Positions 19,190-29,658 are shown, numbered from the stretch's first letter. The stretch is 64,000 bases of DNA from Candidatus Udaeobacter sp. (GCA_049791915.1 JBARAJ010000015.1:1811-65810); one strand, 5' to 3'. Numbers and translations: made by a program. Notes: a model not told the origin generated them from the sequence alone.

Positions 19190-20434
19190 TTGAAAAACGC
19201 TGTGGAAGCGATCCGGCTTTTTAAACTCCTCAACCGTGATCAACGCAACACGTTTGTCGCCTGTTTCCTCGGGTGGGCGCTGGACGCGTTCGATTTTTTT
19301 CTGCTGACCTTTGTGATCGTGCCGATGGCGCACGATTTCGGCAAAAGCGTCGCCGATCTCACTTACGCGATTGCCATCACACTCGCGATGCGTCCCGTGG
19401 GCGCGTTCGTCTTCGGTCTGCTCGGCGACCGCTTCGGCCGACGAATGCCGCTGATGATCGACATCATTTTTTATTCGGTGATGGAATTGCTCACAGCCTT
19501 TTCGCCCAACTTTACCGTGCTGCTGATTTTTCGGGCGCTTTACGGGATCGGCATGGGCGGCGAATGGGGACTCGGCGCCTCGCTGACAATGGAAACACTG
19601 CCAACTCAAGCGCGCGGACTGTTCTCCGGAATTTTGCAACAAGGATACGCTTTCGGTTATCTCCTGGCGGCGGTTGTCTATTGGATCGTGTTTCCGCTCT
19701 TCGGCTGGCGCGGTCTCTTTGTCGCCGGCGCGCTTCCGGCGATCCTTGTGCTTTACATCCGTGCGCGTGTGCCTGAATCGCCTGTCTGGCTACGCCAGCA
19801 GCACGCGATCGGTGATTTTTGGAAGCAGGCTCTTTTTGTGCTCAAACGCCACTGGGCGCTTTTTCTTTACGTGATTTTGCTGATGACGGCGTTTAACGCG
19901 ATGTCGCACGGCACGCAGGACATGTATCAAACATTTCTCGGCGAACAGCGCCACTACGGTGTGACGCAAAAGGCGACGACCGGAATCGTTTACGCTGTTG
20001 GGGCAATCTGCGGTGGAACAGTGGTCGGCCATTTCTCGCAAAAATGGGGACGTCGTAGGTGCATTGCTTTGTGCTCCGCACTTGGAATCGTGCTGATTCC
20101 CCTATGGGTGTTTTCGCCCGGATACACGCTTCTGGTGATCGGTGGATTCGCCATGCAATTCATGGTGCAAGGCGCATGGGGAATTGTGCCGGTGCATTTG
20201 AACGAGTTATCGCCTGATGCTGTCCGAGGGACGTTTCCGGGCTTTGCCTATCAACTGGGAAATCTGTTCGCGGCGAACACAGCCGTTGTGGAAGCCCAGT
20301 TGGCCCATCATTTCCACGATGCCAGCGGGCATGCCGATTACGCAAAGGCGCTTGGCCTTTTCACGCTGGTGATTTTCGTAGCGCTAATTCTCCTCGCCGT
20401 TATCGGTCCCGAAAAACGCGGAAAGGAATTTTAG
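19190..20434 (+). CDS. MFS transporter
   Basis: About 12 TM segments and the MFS loop motif GLLGDRFGRRMPL. Apparent TTG start. Confidence 0.85.
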   Translation: MKNAVEAIRLFKLLNRDQRNTFVACFLGWALDAFDFFLLTFVIVPMAHDFGKSVADLTYAIAITLAMRPVGAFVFGLLGDRFGRRMPLMIDIIFYSVMELLTAFSPNFTVLLIFRALYGIGMGGEWGLGASLTMETLPTQARGLFSGILQQGYAFGYLLAAVVYWIVFPLFGWRGLFVAGALPAILVLYIRARVPESPVWLRQQHAIGDFWKQALFVLKRHWALFLYVILLMTAFNAMSHGTQDMYQTFLGEQRHYGVTQKATTGIVYAVGAICGGTVVGHFSQKWGRRRCIALCSALGIVLIPLWVFSPGYTLLVIGGFAMQFMVQGAWGIVPVHLNELSPDAVRGTFPGFAYQLGNLFAANTAVVEAQLAHHFHDASGHADYAKALGLFTLVIFVALILLAVIGPEKRGKEF

Positions 20435-20450
20435 TATTCGCTGCTGAACT

Positions 20451-21188
20451 CTACCGCGAGCCAGCTGGCGCGAGGTTGGTGGAGCTGCTGGCAGGTTCCG
20501 CCGCCGGCCGTAATTGGGCGGCAATTTGAGGAGACGGCCGATAAACTCCTGAGCCGTAGCGCTGTTCGACGATTGCCTCGGCAATTCTGTCCGCGAGTAA
20601 TTCGCGATATTCCGAGTCCCGCGCCTGGTTACCTTCAGATCGGTTGCTCAGGTACCCACATTCCACGAGAACAGCGGGACAGCTCGCAAGCCGCAACACG
20701 CGAAAGTTCCCCGTGTGAATTCCGCCATTCGCGGAATTTGGGATCGTAATAAGCTTTTGCTGGATCCGATTGGCCAGATCGAAGGATGCACCGGAATGAT
20801 AGTAGGTCTCAAATCCGTGGGTTTTGCGCTTGCGCGAGTCGTTAAAATGGATGCTCACGAAGACTGCGTTTTTCTGCTTGTTCTCCATTGCGACGCGATC
20901 ATTGAGCGGGATAAACACGTCTGAATCTCTGGTCATGACGGTTTTTACCTGCGACTCGCGCAGTCTGCGCTCGAGGCGCTGGGCTACATCGAGCGTGACC
21001 ATCTTTTCCGGCGGACCGTAGCGGCGAAACGCACCACTATCTTTGCCGCCGTGTCCGGCATCCACGACTACAATGGAAAACGTTTTGCTTGTGTTTTTGA
21101 CACTGGGAGTTCTTACCGTGCTGCAGGCCGCAAATGACGCGAAAAACGCGAGTGTAACGACGCGAGTGAGCAGACGCGGCATTCTCAT
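20451..21188 (-). CDS. N-acetylmuramoyl-L-alanine amidase (Amidase_3)
   Basis: Signal peptide. VVVDAGHGGKDSGA and the SIHFN motif are typical of AmiA/B/C-type amidases. Confidence 0.88.
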   Translation of the reverse strand: MRMPRLLTRVVTLAFFASFAACSTVRTPSVKNTSKTFSIVVVDAGHGGKDSGAFRRYGPPEKMVTLDVAQRLERRLRESQVKTVMTRDSDVFIPLNDRVAMENKQKNAVFVSIHFNDSRKRKTHGFETYYHSGASFDLANRIQQKLITIPNSANGGIHTGNFRVLRLASCPAVLVECGYLSNRSEGNQARDSEYRELLADRIAEAIVEQRYGSGVYRPSPQIAAQLRPAAEPASSSTNLAPAGSR

Positions 21189-21337
21189 CTAATAGCAAAA
21201 ACCGGCGCTCCATCAAAATGTTTCGCCGAACCTGGAACTAGTGAATCTGAATTCTGTCAACGATTCGCATGTTTCCAATATCGCGTATAAAATGCACTTG
21301 TTTTTTGCGCCACTCTGCTTAATCCCTTACGACCTTT

Positions 21338-22624
21338 ATGATGATCCGATTCGCAATCCTTCCATTACTGCTGGCACTGAATTTTTCGATGTGCAAAAAG
21401 CAGCCAGCCGTTACCGATAAACCGCAACCTGCGGGTAGCCCTGCCCCTGGAACGGCTGCTGCGACGGCTGCTCCGGTCGTAGCGGCAACTCCCAAGATCA
21501 AGAAGCCAGTCGTCGATCAAACTGCTCAGGTCCTTATTTTTTGTTACCATCGGCTGGTCGACAAGATTCGGTACCCAGGCACGGAGATTACGCCCGCTGC
21601 GTTCGAAGCGCAGATGAAAGAATTAAAGGACAAAGGTATCACGGTCATTTCGATGCAGGATTTGCTTGCCTGGAAACGGGGCGAAAAGAATATACCGCCG
21701 CGCTGTGCTGTCGTTACTTTCGATGACGGCTGGAAATCGCAATTCGAAGTCGCATGGCCGATCATGAAGAAATACGGGTATCCATTTACCCTGTTCATCT
21801 ACACCGAAGGCGTCCGCGGAGGCACCTTGGGCGGAGGAGAGGCAATCACCTGGGAGCAACTTGCCGATCTGCGCGACAATGGCGTTGATATTCAGGCCCA
21901 TACGGCGACGCACCAGGATCTGCGCGAAGGGCACAGCGTCACCGTGATCGAGCCAGGCGGAAAACGAAGCAGGAAAAAGCTGACTGGGGCCGACTATGAA
22001 AAATGGGTGCAAAATGAAGTTGTCGGTTGCAAGGAGCTGCTCGAACAGCGCCTCGGCATTAAGGTGAATTGTTTTGCAGTGCCCTTCGGGAATTACAACG
22101 AGCATGTAAAGGAACTTGCGCGAAATGCCGGTTACGAAGCGATGTTCACGGTTTACGGCCAGCCGATCACTTTCACTTCTCCGATGGACGCCATCGGGCG
22201 TTACGCAATTGAAGCCAATAAGCCCAAAGTTTTTGCAGACGCAGTAAGCATGATCGGCGCATCCAGCGGAGGTGGGACGGCAGTAGCCGAAGTCGGCGCG
22301 AAGGATCTCACCACTCAGCCGGCAGACGGCGAAACAGTGCGTACGACACTGCCGCTTATCAAAGCGAACCTTAGCAGCCTAGGGCAGATCGAGGCCGGGA
22401 GTGTGCAAATGCGCGTGAGCGGCCTTGGGCTTGTTCCGGTCAACTTTGATCCTAAAACTGGTACCGTGTCGTATCAGGTGCCGCAAAAGCTGCGCGACAA
22501 AACGTGCACCGTAATCGTGAGCGCCAAATCCGCGGGTAAAAAAGTCGAAACACATTGGACCTTCGGAATCGAAGAAGCCGCAGCTACAGCTGGAAGCTCG
22601 CCCGCGGCAGCTGCTAAAAAGTAA
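21338..22624 (+). CDS. polysaccharide deacetylase (NodB homology domain) family protein
   Basis: VTFDDGWKSQ...PFTLFIYT motifs, a signal/lipobox-like N-terminus and an additional C-terminal domain. Confidence 0.8.
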   Translation: MMIRFAILPLLLALNFSMCKKQPAVTDKPQPAGSPAPGTAAATAAPVVAATPKIKKPVVDQTAQVLIFCYHRLVDKIRYPGTEITPAAFEAQMKELKDKGITVISMQDLLAWKRGEKNIPPRCAVVTFDDGWKSQFEVAWPIMKKYGYPFTLFIYTEGVRGGTLGGGEAITWEQLADLRDNGVDIQAHTATHQDLREGHSVTVIEPGGKRSRKKLTGADYEKWVQNEVVGCKELLEQRLGIKVNCFAVPFGNYNEHVKELARNAGYEAMFTVYGQPITFTSPMDAIGRYAIEANKPKVFADAVSMIGASSGGGTAVAEVGAKDLTTQPADGETVRTTLPLIKANLSSLGQIEAGSVQMRVSGLGLVPVNFDPKTGTVSYQVPQKLRDKTCTVIVSAKSAGKKVETHWTFGIEEAAATAGSSPAAAAKK

Positions 22625-22688
22625 TCGCGAGCCCGAGCAGCGAGGGCTTTCTGGTCGCCGCGGCGCGGTTGGAGAGGGTCCTTTATTC

Positions 22689-24011
22689 ATGTTTCCTCAA
22701 CTTAGCGACAAACTTCAGGAGATTTTCAAAGACCTCCGTGGACACGGCGTTATCAGCGAGGCGAACGTCGACGCTGCATTGCGCCAGGTTCGCATGGCGC
22801 TGCTTGAAGCGGACGTTGACTTTCAGGTCGCCAGAAAATTCATTGCTCGCGTAAAAGAAAAGGCGCTTGGCGAAAGTGTACTTCGCAGCATTACGCCGGG
22901 TCAGCAGATCGTAAAGATTTTTCACGATGAATTGACGGTGCTGCTTGGCGGCGACGCAGAGTCGCTTCGCCTGGAAGATCAAACACGCATCTTGATCGTT
23001 GGGCTCAACGGCTCGGGCAAAACAACCTCAGCTGCCAAGCTGGCGTTGCTGTTAAAGAAACAAGGTCGCATGCCGTCGCTGGTGGCGTGCGATTTGCAAC
23101 GGCCCGCAGCGATCGAACAACTCGCAACCCTCGGAAAACAGATCGATGTCCCGGTTCATGTTCCCGACCCGGGGGAGAAAAATGTGCAACGCGTCGCTGC
23201 CGCTGCACTTGAGATGACGCGAACAACGGTAGCGCCTGGTGTGCAGATCTTCGATACGGCGGGGCGACAGGAAATCGACGAAGCGCTTATGGATGAACTC
23301 AAAGCGCTCAAAGAATTTTTGCAGCCGCACGAGATTTTGCTTGTTGCAGATGCGGCGACCGGGCAGCAAGCGGTGAGCGTAGCAAGCGGCTTTGACGCTG
23401 CTTTGTCCATCACAGGAATTGTTCTGACGAAGCTTGATGGCGACGCCCGCGGCGGCGCGGCATTGTCGATGCGCGAGGTCACGCACCGACCGATTAAATT
23501 CGCTGGCACAGGCGAAAAGCTCGATCAGTTTGAGCTTTTTATACCTGAGCGGCTCGCGGGGCGGATACTTGGAATGGGCGACGTTGTTAGTCTCGTCGAA
23601 AAGGCTGTTGAAGCCGTCGAAGCCGAAGACGCTGCCATGCTTGAACGCAAGCTCCGCACAGCTTCATTCGATTTCAATGATTTCCTCGCGCAGTTCAAGA
23701 TGATGCGCCGAATGGGACCGCTGGAGAATATTCTTGGCATGTTACCTGGAATGAGTAACGTGCAGGGCCTTTCCATTGACGAGAAGCAGCTCAAGCGCAC
23801 GGAAGCGATCGTGCTTTCGATGACAAAAGAAGAGCGGACGCGCCCCGACATTCTGAATGCTCGGCGGCGTCAACGCATCGCGCGCGGCAGCGGTTCAACC
23901 GTCACGGAGGTAAACGATTTGCTGCGGCGCTTTGATCAGATGCGGAAGCTGATGAAGAACGCAGGAAAGATGAAAAAAATGATGGCGCAAATGGCGCGAA
24001 TAAGAAGTTAA
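22689..24011 (+). CDS. ffh: signal recognition particle protein Ffh
   Basis: GLNGSGKTTSAAKLA P-loop, DTAGR, TKLDGDARGGAALS and a methionine-rich M domain. Confidence 0.96.
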   Translation: MFPQLSDKLQEIFKDLRGHGVISEANVDAALRQVRMALLEADVDFQVARKFIARVKEKALGESVLRSITPGQQIVKIFHDELTVLLGGDAESLRLEDQTRILIVGLNGSGKTTSAAKLALLLKKQGRMPSLVACDLQRPAAIEQLATLGKQIDVPVHVPDPGEKNVQRVAAAALEMTRTTVAPGVQIFDTAGRQEIDEALMDELKALKEFLQPHEILLVADAATGQQAVSVASGFDAALSITGIVLTKLDGDARGGAALSMREVTHRPIKFAGTGEKLDQFELFIPERLAGRILGMGDVVSLVEKAVEAVEAEDAAMLERKLRTASFDFNDFLAQFKMMRRMGPLENILGMLPGMSNVQGLSIDEKQLKRTEAIVLSMTKEERTRPDILNARRRQRIARGSGSTVTEVNDLLRRFDQMRKLMKNAGKMKKMMAQMARIRS

Positions 24012-24017
24012 TTTACC

Positions 24018-24347
24018 ATGGCAGTTTCAATTAGATTACGCAGAGAAGGGGCGAAAAACCGGCCCTATTACAGAGTCGTTGTCGCCGACAGCCGCAGCCC
24101 GCGAGACGGGAAATTTATCGAGATCCTCGGTACGTACGATCCAAAGCAAACTGGTCAAAACAGTTCGTTTAGTGTTGAGCGTGCCGAGTACTGGATCAGC
24201 AAGGGCGCACAACCATCCGACACTGTGCGTAGCTTGATTAAGATGCAAAAGAAGATCGTTGTTGCCCAGCCAGCATCGGAACCGGAGCGAGAGAGTTCGG
24301 CACCGGCTGAAGGGGATTCATCGCCCTCTGCCGAGGCGGCAAGCTAG
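24018..24347 (+). CDS. rpsP: 30S ribosomal protein S16
   Basis: MAVSIRLRREGAKNRPYYRVVVADSRSPRDGKFIEILGTYDP is canonical S16, with a C-terminal extension. Confidence 0.95.
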   Translation: MAVSIRLRREGAKNRPYYRVVVADSRSPRDGKFIEILGTYDPKQTGQNSSFSVERAEYWISKGAQPSDTVRSLIKMQKKIVVAQPASEPERESSAPAEGDSSPSAEAAS

Positions 24348-24426
24348 TCTGGCATTTGGCGTCTGACACGGACGTCCTGCAAAATTCGTGTTTATTCGTG
24401 TCCATTCGTGGTTAGTCTTTTCACGG

Positions 24427-24657
24427 ATGCGAGAATTTCTCGAGTTTGTCATTCGCGAGCTGATCGAATTTCCCGATGACATTGTGCTCACAGAAATTCC
24501 CAACGGCAGAATGATTACCTTTAAGTTGCAACTTCGACGCGGAGATGTGGGCCGTGTTATCGGCCGGTCTGGTCAAACCATCCACGCTATTCGCGCCTTG
24601 CTGGCAAGTTCTGCGGCGCGTCACGGCCAGCGTGCGGTGCTCGAGATTGTGGAATGA
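24427..24657 (+). CDS. KH domain RNA-binding protein (YlqC/UPF0109-like)
   Basis: [17 protein letters not shown] motif and the conserved position after rpsP. I place the start at MREFLEF (24427). Confidence 0.8.
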   Translation: MREFLEFVIRELIEFPDDIVLTEIPNGRMITFKLQLRRGDVGRVIGRSGQTIHAIRALLASSAARHGQRAVLEIVE

Positions 24658-24666
24658 TGGCTGGGG

Positions 24667-24744
24667 GCGGCTGTGTCAGACGCCGCTACGTTTTGGAGAA
24701 GCGTCCTACAGTCTCGGCGTTGGACGTCTGACGTTCAGCGTTCG
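24667..24744. repeat. degenerate family A element
   Basis: GGCGGCTGTGTCAGACGCC ... GCGTCCTACA followed by GGCGTTGGACGTCTGACGTTCAGCG. It fills the KH-trmD spacer. Confidence 0.55.
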
Positions 24745-24757
24745 ATGTTTTTCCTCA

Positions 24758-25471
24758 ATGAGAATCGATATTGTCACGTTGTTTCCTGAAATCTGCCGCG
24801 CTCCGTTGAGTGAAAGCATCATGAAACGGGCGCAGGAGAACCGAATCGTTGAACTGCACATTCACAACCTGCGCGATTGGACAACGGACAAACATCACGT
24901 GGTCGATGATGCGCCGTTCGGCGGAGGGCAGGGGATGGTGATGAAGCCGGAACCGATCTTTGCGGCCGTGGAAGACCTGAAATCGCAAACCGCCCGTAAC
25001 GCACGCGAAGCGGCGGCCGGGCTTTCCAATCGCAAACAGCAAATCCTCCTGATGTCGCCGACAGGGCGTCAGTTCGATCAAGAGATGGCACGGCGGCTGT
25101 CACAAGAGCCGCATCTCATAATCATTTCCGGACATTATGAAGGGGTCGATCATCGCGTGATCGAACATCTGATTGATCTAGAGATTTCGATTGGCGACTA
25201 CGTGCTTACCAACGGTGCGATTGCTGCAGTTGTTTTGGTTGATTCAATTGTGCGTTTACTGCCGGGAACGCTTGGGCATGAACAATCAGCCGCGGACGAC
25301 AGCTTTAGCGATAGTTGCTTGGAAGCGCCGCAGTACACCCGGCCCGCCGACTTTCGTGGTTGGAAAGTTCCGGAGATTTTGCTCTCCGGAAATCACGCAG
25401 AAATCGCGAAGTGGCGTAAAGAGCAGGCAATCAAACGCACCCGAGAGAATCGCCCGGATTTATTGAAGTAG
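24758..25471 (+). CDS. trmD: tRNA (guanine37-N1)-methyltransferase TrmD
   Basis: [12 protein letters not shown] start and the [17 protein letters not shown] and [10 protein letters not shown] motifs. The longer track ORF reads through the repeat element. Confidence 0.93.
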   Translation: MRIDIVTLFPEICRAPLSESIMKRAQENRIVELHIHNLRDWTTDKHHVVDDAPFGGGQGMVMKPEPIFAAVEDLKSQTARNAREAAAGLSNRKQQILLMSPTGRQFDQEMARRLSQEPHLIIISGHYEGVDHRVIEHLIDLEISIGDYVLTNGAIAAVVLVDSIVRLLPGTLGHEQSAADDSFSDSCLEAPQYTRPADFRGWKVPEILLSGNHAEIAKWRKEQAIKRTRENRPDLLK

Positions 25472-25508
25472 AGCAAGCTTCCAGCTTGCTGAATCTTGAT
25501 CGCAAGCG

Positions 25509-26753
25509 TTACCTCACGCGTCCCATGACGACGGACGCGTTGATGCCGCCGAAACCGAATGAATTGCTCATGACGTAATTCAATGCAGCCGCCCGGCCAT
25601 GGTTCGGCACCACGTCGAGATCGCACGCTGGGTCGGGGCTTTGATAATTGATGGTCGGCGAAATCCATTGCCGATCCACCGAAAGTGCGCAAAGCGCTGC
25701 TTCGATCGCGCCCGTCGCGCCGAGCGGATGGGCATAATAACCCTTGGTCCCGCTTACGGGAATACGCCGTGAATGATCGCCGAACACTTGTTTAATCGAC
25801 GCCGTTTCCGCGCTGTCGTTGAGCTGTGTCGAACTTGCGTGCGCGTTGATATAATCGATCTGCTCGGGCGCCAATCGCGCGTCTGCAAGCGCTTCGCGCA
25901 TCGCGCGAATGCACGATTCGCCGCCCGGGAGGGGCGTTGTCATGTGGAACGCGTCATTGTTCAAGCTGTACCCTAGTACCTCCGCGTAGATGTGGGCGCC
26001 GCGAGCAAGCGCGTGTTCCAGTTCTTCCACAACGAGCGAAGCGCCACCTTCGCCCATGACAAATCCATCGCGGAGCGCGTCGAATGGACGACAAGCCAAA
26101 GTCGGCTCACCCGCCCATCTGCTCATGGTCTTGATGATATCAAATGCGCCAATCGTAATGGCTGTCAGTGGCGCTTCCGCTCCGCCGGCGACAACTACAT
26201 CTACAAAGTCGTCGCGAATGTAACGTAATGCTTCGCCGACCGAGACTGTGCCACTGGCGCAACTGTTTGAATTCGTCGTCCCGACGCCGCGAAAGCCGAA
26301 TTCGATTGCAATGTTCGAATGCGCCGAACCGCCGAAGACTTGGACGGCAAGAGTGGGTTGGACGCCCCGCGCGCCCTTTTTTAAATATCTGATGTATTGC
26401 TCCTCGGCTTTGCAGACACCGCCAAGCGCCGTGCCGAAGCTAACGCCCACGCGATCCTGCGGGTTTTCGCGAGAATACTCGAAACGCGCGTCCTCCAGCG
26501 CGAGCTTTGCAGACACGACTGCGAATTGCGCGTAACGATCCAGCCGTTTCAGGCGATGCGGTGAAAAGTAATCTTCGGCATTCCAATCGCGAATTTCGCC
26601 AGCGCATCGCACGCGGAACACAGTCGGATCGAAGCTTGTGATGCTGCCGATACCACTCCTTTCCGCCAAGATTCCGTTCCAGAAATTCTCAACACCGGTA
26701 CCGATGCACGTGATCGGCCCGATACCTGTGATGACCGCGCGTCTTCGGCTCAT
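25509..26753 (-). CDS. beta-ketoacyl-ACP synthase (FabF/KAS II-like)
   Basis: Cys-His-His triad contexts NSCASGT, INAHASST and YAHPLGATG. 414 aa. Confidence 0.88.
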   Translation of the reverse strand: MSRRRAVITGIGPITCIGTGVENFWNGILAERSGIGSITSFDPTVFRVRCAGEIRDWNAEDYFSPHRLKRLDRYAQFAVVSAKLALEDARFEYSRENPQDRVGVSFGTALGGVCKAEEQYIRYLKKGARGVQPTLAVQVFGGSAHSNIAIEFGFRGVGTTNSNSCASGTVSVGEALRYIRDDFVDVVVAGGAEAPLTAITIGAFDIIKTMSRWAGEPTLACRPFDALRDGFVMGEGGASLVVEELEHALARGAHIYAEVLGYSLNNDAFHMTTPLPGGESCIRAMREALADARLAPEQIDYINAHASSTQLNDSAETASIKQVFGDHSRRIPVSGTKGYYAHPLGATGAIEAALCALSVDRQWISPTINYQSPDPACDLDVVPNHGRAAALNYVMSNSFGFGGINASVVMGRVR

Positions 26754-27205
26754 ACGGTCACCTTGTCTGCCCTTGCTTCCACGTAAGCCTTCATGCAGTG
26801 CAAGGTCTTGTTAGCGACGCTATGGATGAAAAAATCGCCCATGATTGGATTCATGATTGGCGCAAGCGGAGGAAGACGAAACCGCAAATCATGTGAAATC
26901 GCTACGAGCACACCACCTCCGCTTTCGGAAAATGTCCAAACGACGCGCATTCCTTTTGTCCAGGCTTTCAAATGATGGAAATGAATTTCGAACTTGTCGC
27001 GGTCGATGGTTTGCTCCGAGGTCCAGGAGATTGGGATGCCTGAACGCGTGGCTGCCATGATCACCAAATTGCGATCGTGCCCGCGCTCCAAAAATTTGAT
27101 GTAGCGGTAATGCGGCAAAATTTTTGGCCACAGTTCCAAGTTGGCTGCCGTTTCGAAGATCATCGTCTTCGGCGCCTGCATAAGGATCGAGTTTACTCTG
27201 TGCAT
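26750..27205 (-). CDS. SRPBCC (START/Bet v1-like, cyclase/dehydrase) family protein
   Basis: About 150 aa. The pattern WPKILPHY...W resembles polyketide_cyc2/SRPBCC proteins. A 4-nt ATGA overlap with the downstream ketosynthase indicates an operon. Confidence 0.6.
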   Translation of the reverse strand: MHRVNSILMQAPKTMIFETAANLELWPKILPHYRYIKFLERGHDRNLVIMAATRSGIPISWTSEQTIDRDKFEIHFHHLKAWTKGMRVVWTFSESGGGVLVAISHDLRFRLPPLAPIMNPIMGDFFIHSVANKTLHCMKAYVEARADKVTV

Positions 27206-27417
27206 GGAATGGCCAGCGTCAGATGGAAACCCGCCCGGCCAGCGATGTTGCGCAACTTCCGCAGAACAGCAAACAGTTCCCCGAAAAGCATTCTTGTGAA
27301 AGAGAAAAATCGTCGCCTTTCCACATCCGGATGCGGCCCCCCTTAACGGCTGAGCGGCCGCATTTCGTGCGACCGCTCGCCGACTTCTGTTCTCTGGTTA
27401 ATTTGGCTTTACACTAC

Positions 27418-28617
27418 TCAACCACGACCGTGGTGAGTGTGGTCTGCTGCTTGCGCCAGTTCGGTCATATACGCAAAAAACGCTGGCGGTTGGCCGATGA
27501 AGAGACCCATGTTCGTTAGGAACGTGAGAGCCCCCATGGCAATGCCATCCGTTTGGGTCGGTCGAATGATCGAAACGATCGGGAGGCTTGGGTCCAGGAA
27601 CGGACACGGCTCCGGCATGATCAGGTTCGTTTGGAAGAGCTCGCCGCCAAACGGCGGAGAATTCAGATCCGGAAACGTCACGGACACGCCAGTCACGGGA
27701 TCGATTACGTTAGTCAATGGCGGCGCATTACCAGCTTTATCCGACCATGTTTGAAAGTGCATCGTCTCGGTGGGGCCGATGCTGATCAAGATTCGGAGGA
27801 CTTCCGTATGGGTCGCCCTCTGTGCCAGCGAGGGATACAGGCTGGTGCCACCTTGCTCAATGGTCGGAAAGTGGAAACCCGCCGTGTTTGCAATCGCCTG
27901 TAGGAAGGTGGGATCTGATGTGTCGGCATCTGTCCTGGGAATTGCCGTGTGCTGGTTAACCGCTAAAGTTGGGACAGCCTGCGGAAAGACGTGGTTTGGG
28001 TCAAGATCCGGGTTATGGCTGTCGTCGCGGTAGCGCGTCCACCAGCTGGTATCGACCGTGAGTTGGGTCAGGTTGGTGAGCCGGTGCCCAATGAGAGCGG
28101 TGTTAACTCCGGTGGCAGTGCTACCCATGAGGGTGCGAAACGGATCGAGATTTGCAGGAGCCTCTCCGTGGGCCGTCAGATAGGCATTCAGAAACTGGTG
28201 ATGAGTGATCTCATCGTCGGTATTGTCGTGGACATACTGAGCCATATCTGAATCCAGTACTGCGAGGGCAGCGGTGTAGAGTGGATTGCCAGTTCCGCCC
28301 GGGACTTCAGGGTCCGGGATGCCACCCAGTTCGTTGTATTGGATCCAAAAGTCGGCCTCGATTAGCTCCAGCGCCGCCGGGAACCGGAGGAGCGCCGCGT
28401 CGCCCGCCGTGAGACCGCCGCGACTTGCTTTTGCCGTACCGGTGCCGCCCAGTAGCCCCACGCCGATTGTTCCTGCTCCAGCGGCGAGTGATCTCCCGAG
28501 GAACGCACGACGACTGAGGAAGCGTTGCCGAGGTCTAACTTTCTTCTCTGTCTTATTAGTTGAAGCACAATCTCCGTTGTTAATAGGATCAGTTGCTACA
28601 GGATTTGTTGTTTTCAT
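27418..28617 (-). CDS. Tat-exported ferritin-like domain protein
   Basis: Twin-arginine signal (RQRFLSRRAFLGRSLAAGAG). A ferritin-like helical region (ALELIEADFWIQYNELGG) is present. Confidence 0.65.
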   Translation of the reverse strand: MKTTNPVATDPINNGDCASTNKTEKKVRPRQRFLSRRAFLGRSLAAGAGTIGVGLLGGTGTAKASRGGLTAGDAALLRFPAALELIEADFWIQYNELGGIPDPEVPGGTGNPLYTAALAVLDSDMAQYVHDNTDDEITHHQFLNAYLTAHGEAPANLDPFRTLMGSTATGVNTALIGHRLTNLTQLTVDTSWWTRYRDDSHNPDLDPNHVFPQAVPTLAVNQHTAIPRTDADTSDPTFLQAIANTAGFHFPTIEQGGTSLYPSLAQRATHTEVLRILISIGPTETMHFQTWSDKAGNAPPLTNVIDPVTGVSVTFPDLNSPPFGGELFQTNLIMPEPCPFLDPSLPIVSIIRPTQTDGIAMGALTFLTNMGLFIGQPPAFFAYMTELAQAADHTHHGRG

Positions 28618-28744
28618 GACTGGAGATTCGCATCACTTGACAGTCTGGCTGTGCCGGAAAAGTAACGCGCTTGTTACCTATTGAAACTTGGTAGCTGGTC
28701 AGAGTAACACGATGCGACGTATAACTGACATGACTTGACGTAAC

Positions 28745-28808
28745 ATGTCAGGCGAGGCCTTACACACGAATTAGGTTACACCTGACTAAACAAATTCGTT
28801 TCAATTGC
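28745..28808 (-). promoter_or_regulatory. conserved upstream block (copy 1), candidate response-regulator operator/promoter region
   Basis: ATGTCAGGCGAGGCCTTAC...CCTGA...ACAAATTCGTTTCAATTGC lies 128 nt upstream of the ferritin-like gene. It closely resembles the block at 30834-30897. Confidence 0.4.
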
Positions 28809-28974
28809 TGTCTTCAGGGATACGACCGTGCTTTTTCATGACACCGGTATGTCAAAGTCCTTGTTGCATTTCCCCGGCTTTGCAGTCGACGCTACACGAA
28901 AAGAAGCAAAGCAGAGCCAAGCAAATGACAAGGCTTTCGAAATCAGCCTGGCGGAGTCTCGATCTGTTTCGCCG

Positions 28975-29658
28975 TTATTTTACGTGACTGGCTTCCTCCC
29001 ACCGGATGGCGGCGCGAAGCAACTCAGTCAACGAGGTAACGCCGAACTTTTCTTTGGCTCGGGCGCAGTAAGCTTGGACGGTTTTCAGACTCAGATTCAA
29101 ATCGCCGGCAATTTCCGAGGGCGTGCGGCCCTGGCCGAGCAATTGAAAAATTTCCAGTTCGCGGTCACTCAACCGTTCTACCGGTGACCTGGCAACCGCT
29201 TGACCCGACGAGGCAAGTCTTAAGGCCATTCTGTTGACAATCCGTTCGCTAACATAAATCTCACCTCCGAGTACTCGCCGGATGGAGGCAAGCACATTTT
29301 TGCTCGTCTCGTGCTTCATAACGTAGCCTCGTGCGCCGGCGCGCAGGGCGCGTTCGGCATATAAGGCTTCGTCGTGCATAGAGAGAACGATCAATGCAAC
29401 TTGCGGGAACTGCCCTACCAAATTTTTGATCAATTCCAATCCGGATTCGTTTGTGAGGGATATATCGATGATGGCGACATCGGGGCGCTCGTTTTCGATT
29501 CCGTCGATCGCTTCGGCGGAATCTTTTGCCTCACCACAGACGATGAGATCACTCTGCCGGTTTATGAGATTTGTCAGGCCCTCGCGAACGAGGGGATGAT
29601 CGTCTACTATGAACACGCACCGCTTGCGTGCGACGGTTCCAGAAGAGCTACGATTCAT
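28975..29658 (-). CDS. NarL/FixJ-family response regulator (REC + LuxR HTH)
   Basis: REC domain (VFIVDDHPLVREG, DVAIIDISL) and a C-terminal LuxR-type HTH (LSDRELEIFQLLGQGRTPSEIAGDLNLSLKTVQ). Confidence 0.92.
   Translation of the reverse strand: MNRSSSGTVARKRCVFIVDDHPLVREGLTNLINRQSDLIVCGEAKDSAEAIDGIENERPDVAIIDISLTNESGLELIKNLVGQFPQVALIVLSMHDEALYAERALRAGARGYVMKHETSKNVLASIRRVLGGEIYVSERIVNRMALRLASSGQAVARSPVERLSDRELEIFQLLGQGRTPSEIAGDLNLSLKTVQAYCARAKEKFGVTSLTELLRAAIRWEEASHVK

Noticed and set aside
24545-24757. N-terminal extensions of track ORFs: trmD 24545, acpS 55042, pfk 37626, sdhB 45088, opcA 13473, BNR 49701, copD 58540 and KH 24388
   Set aside because: The extensions read through repeat elements or overlap the upstream gene. 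Canonical family N-termini begin at internal start codons, which I used instead.
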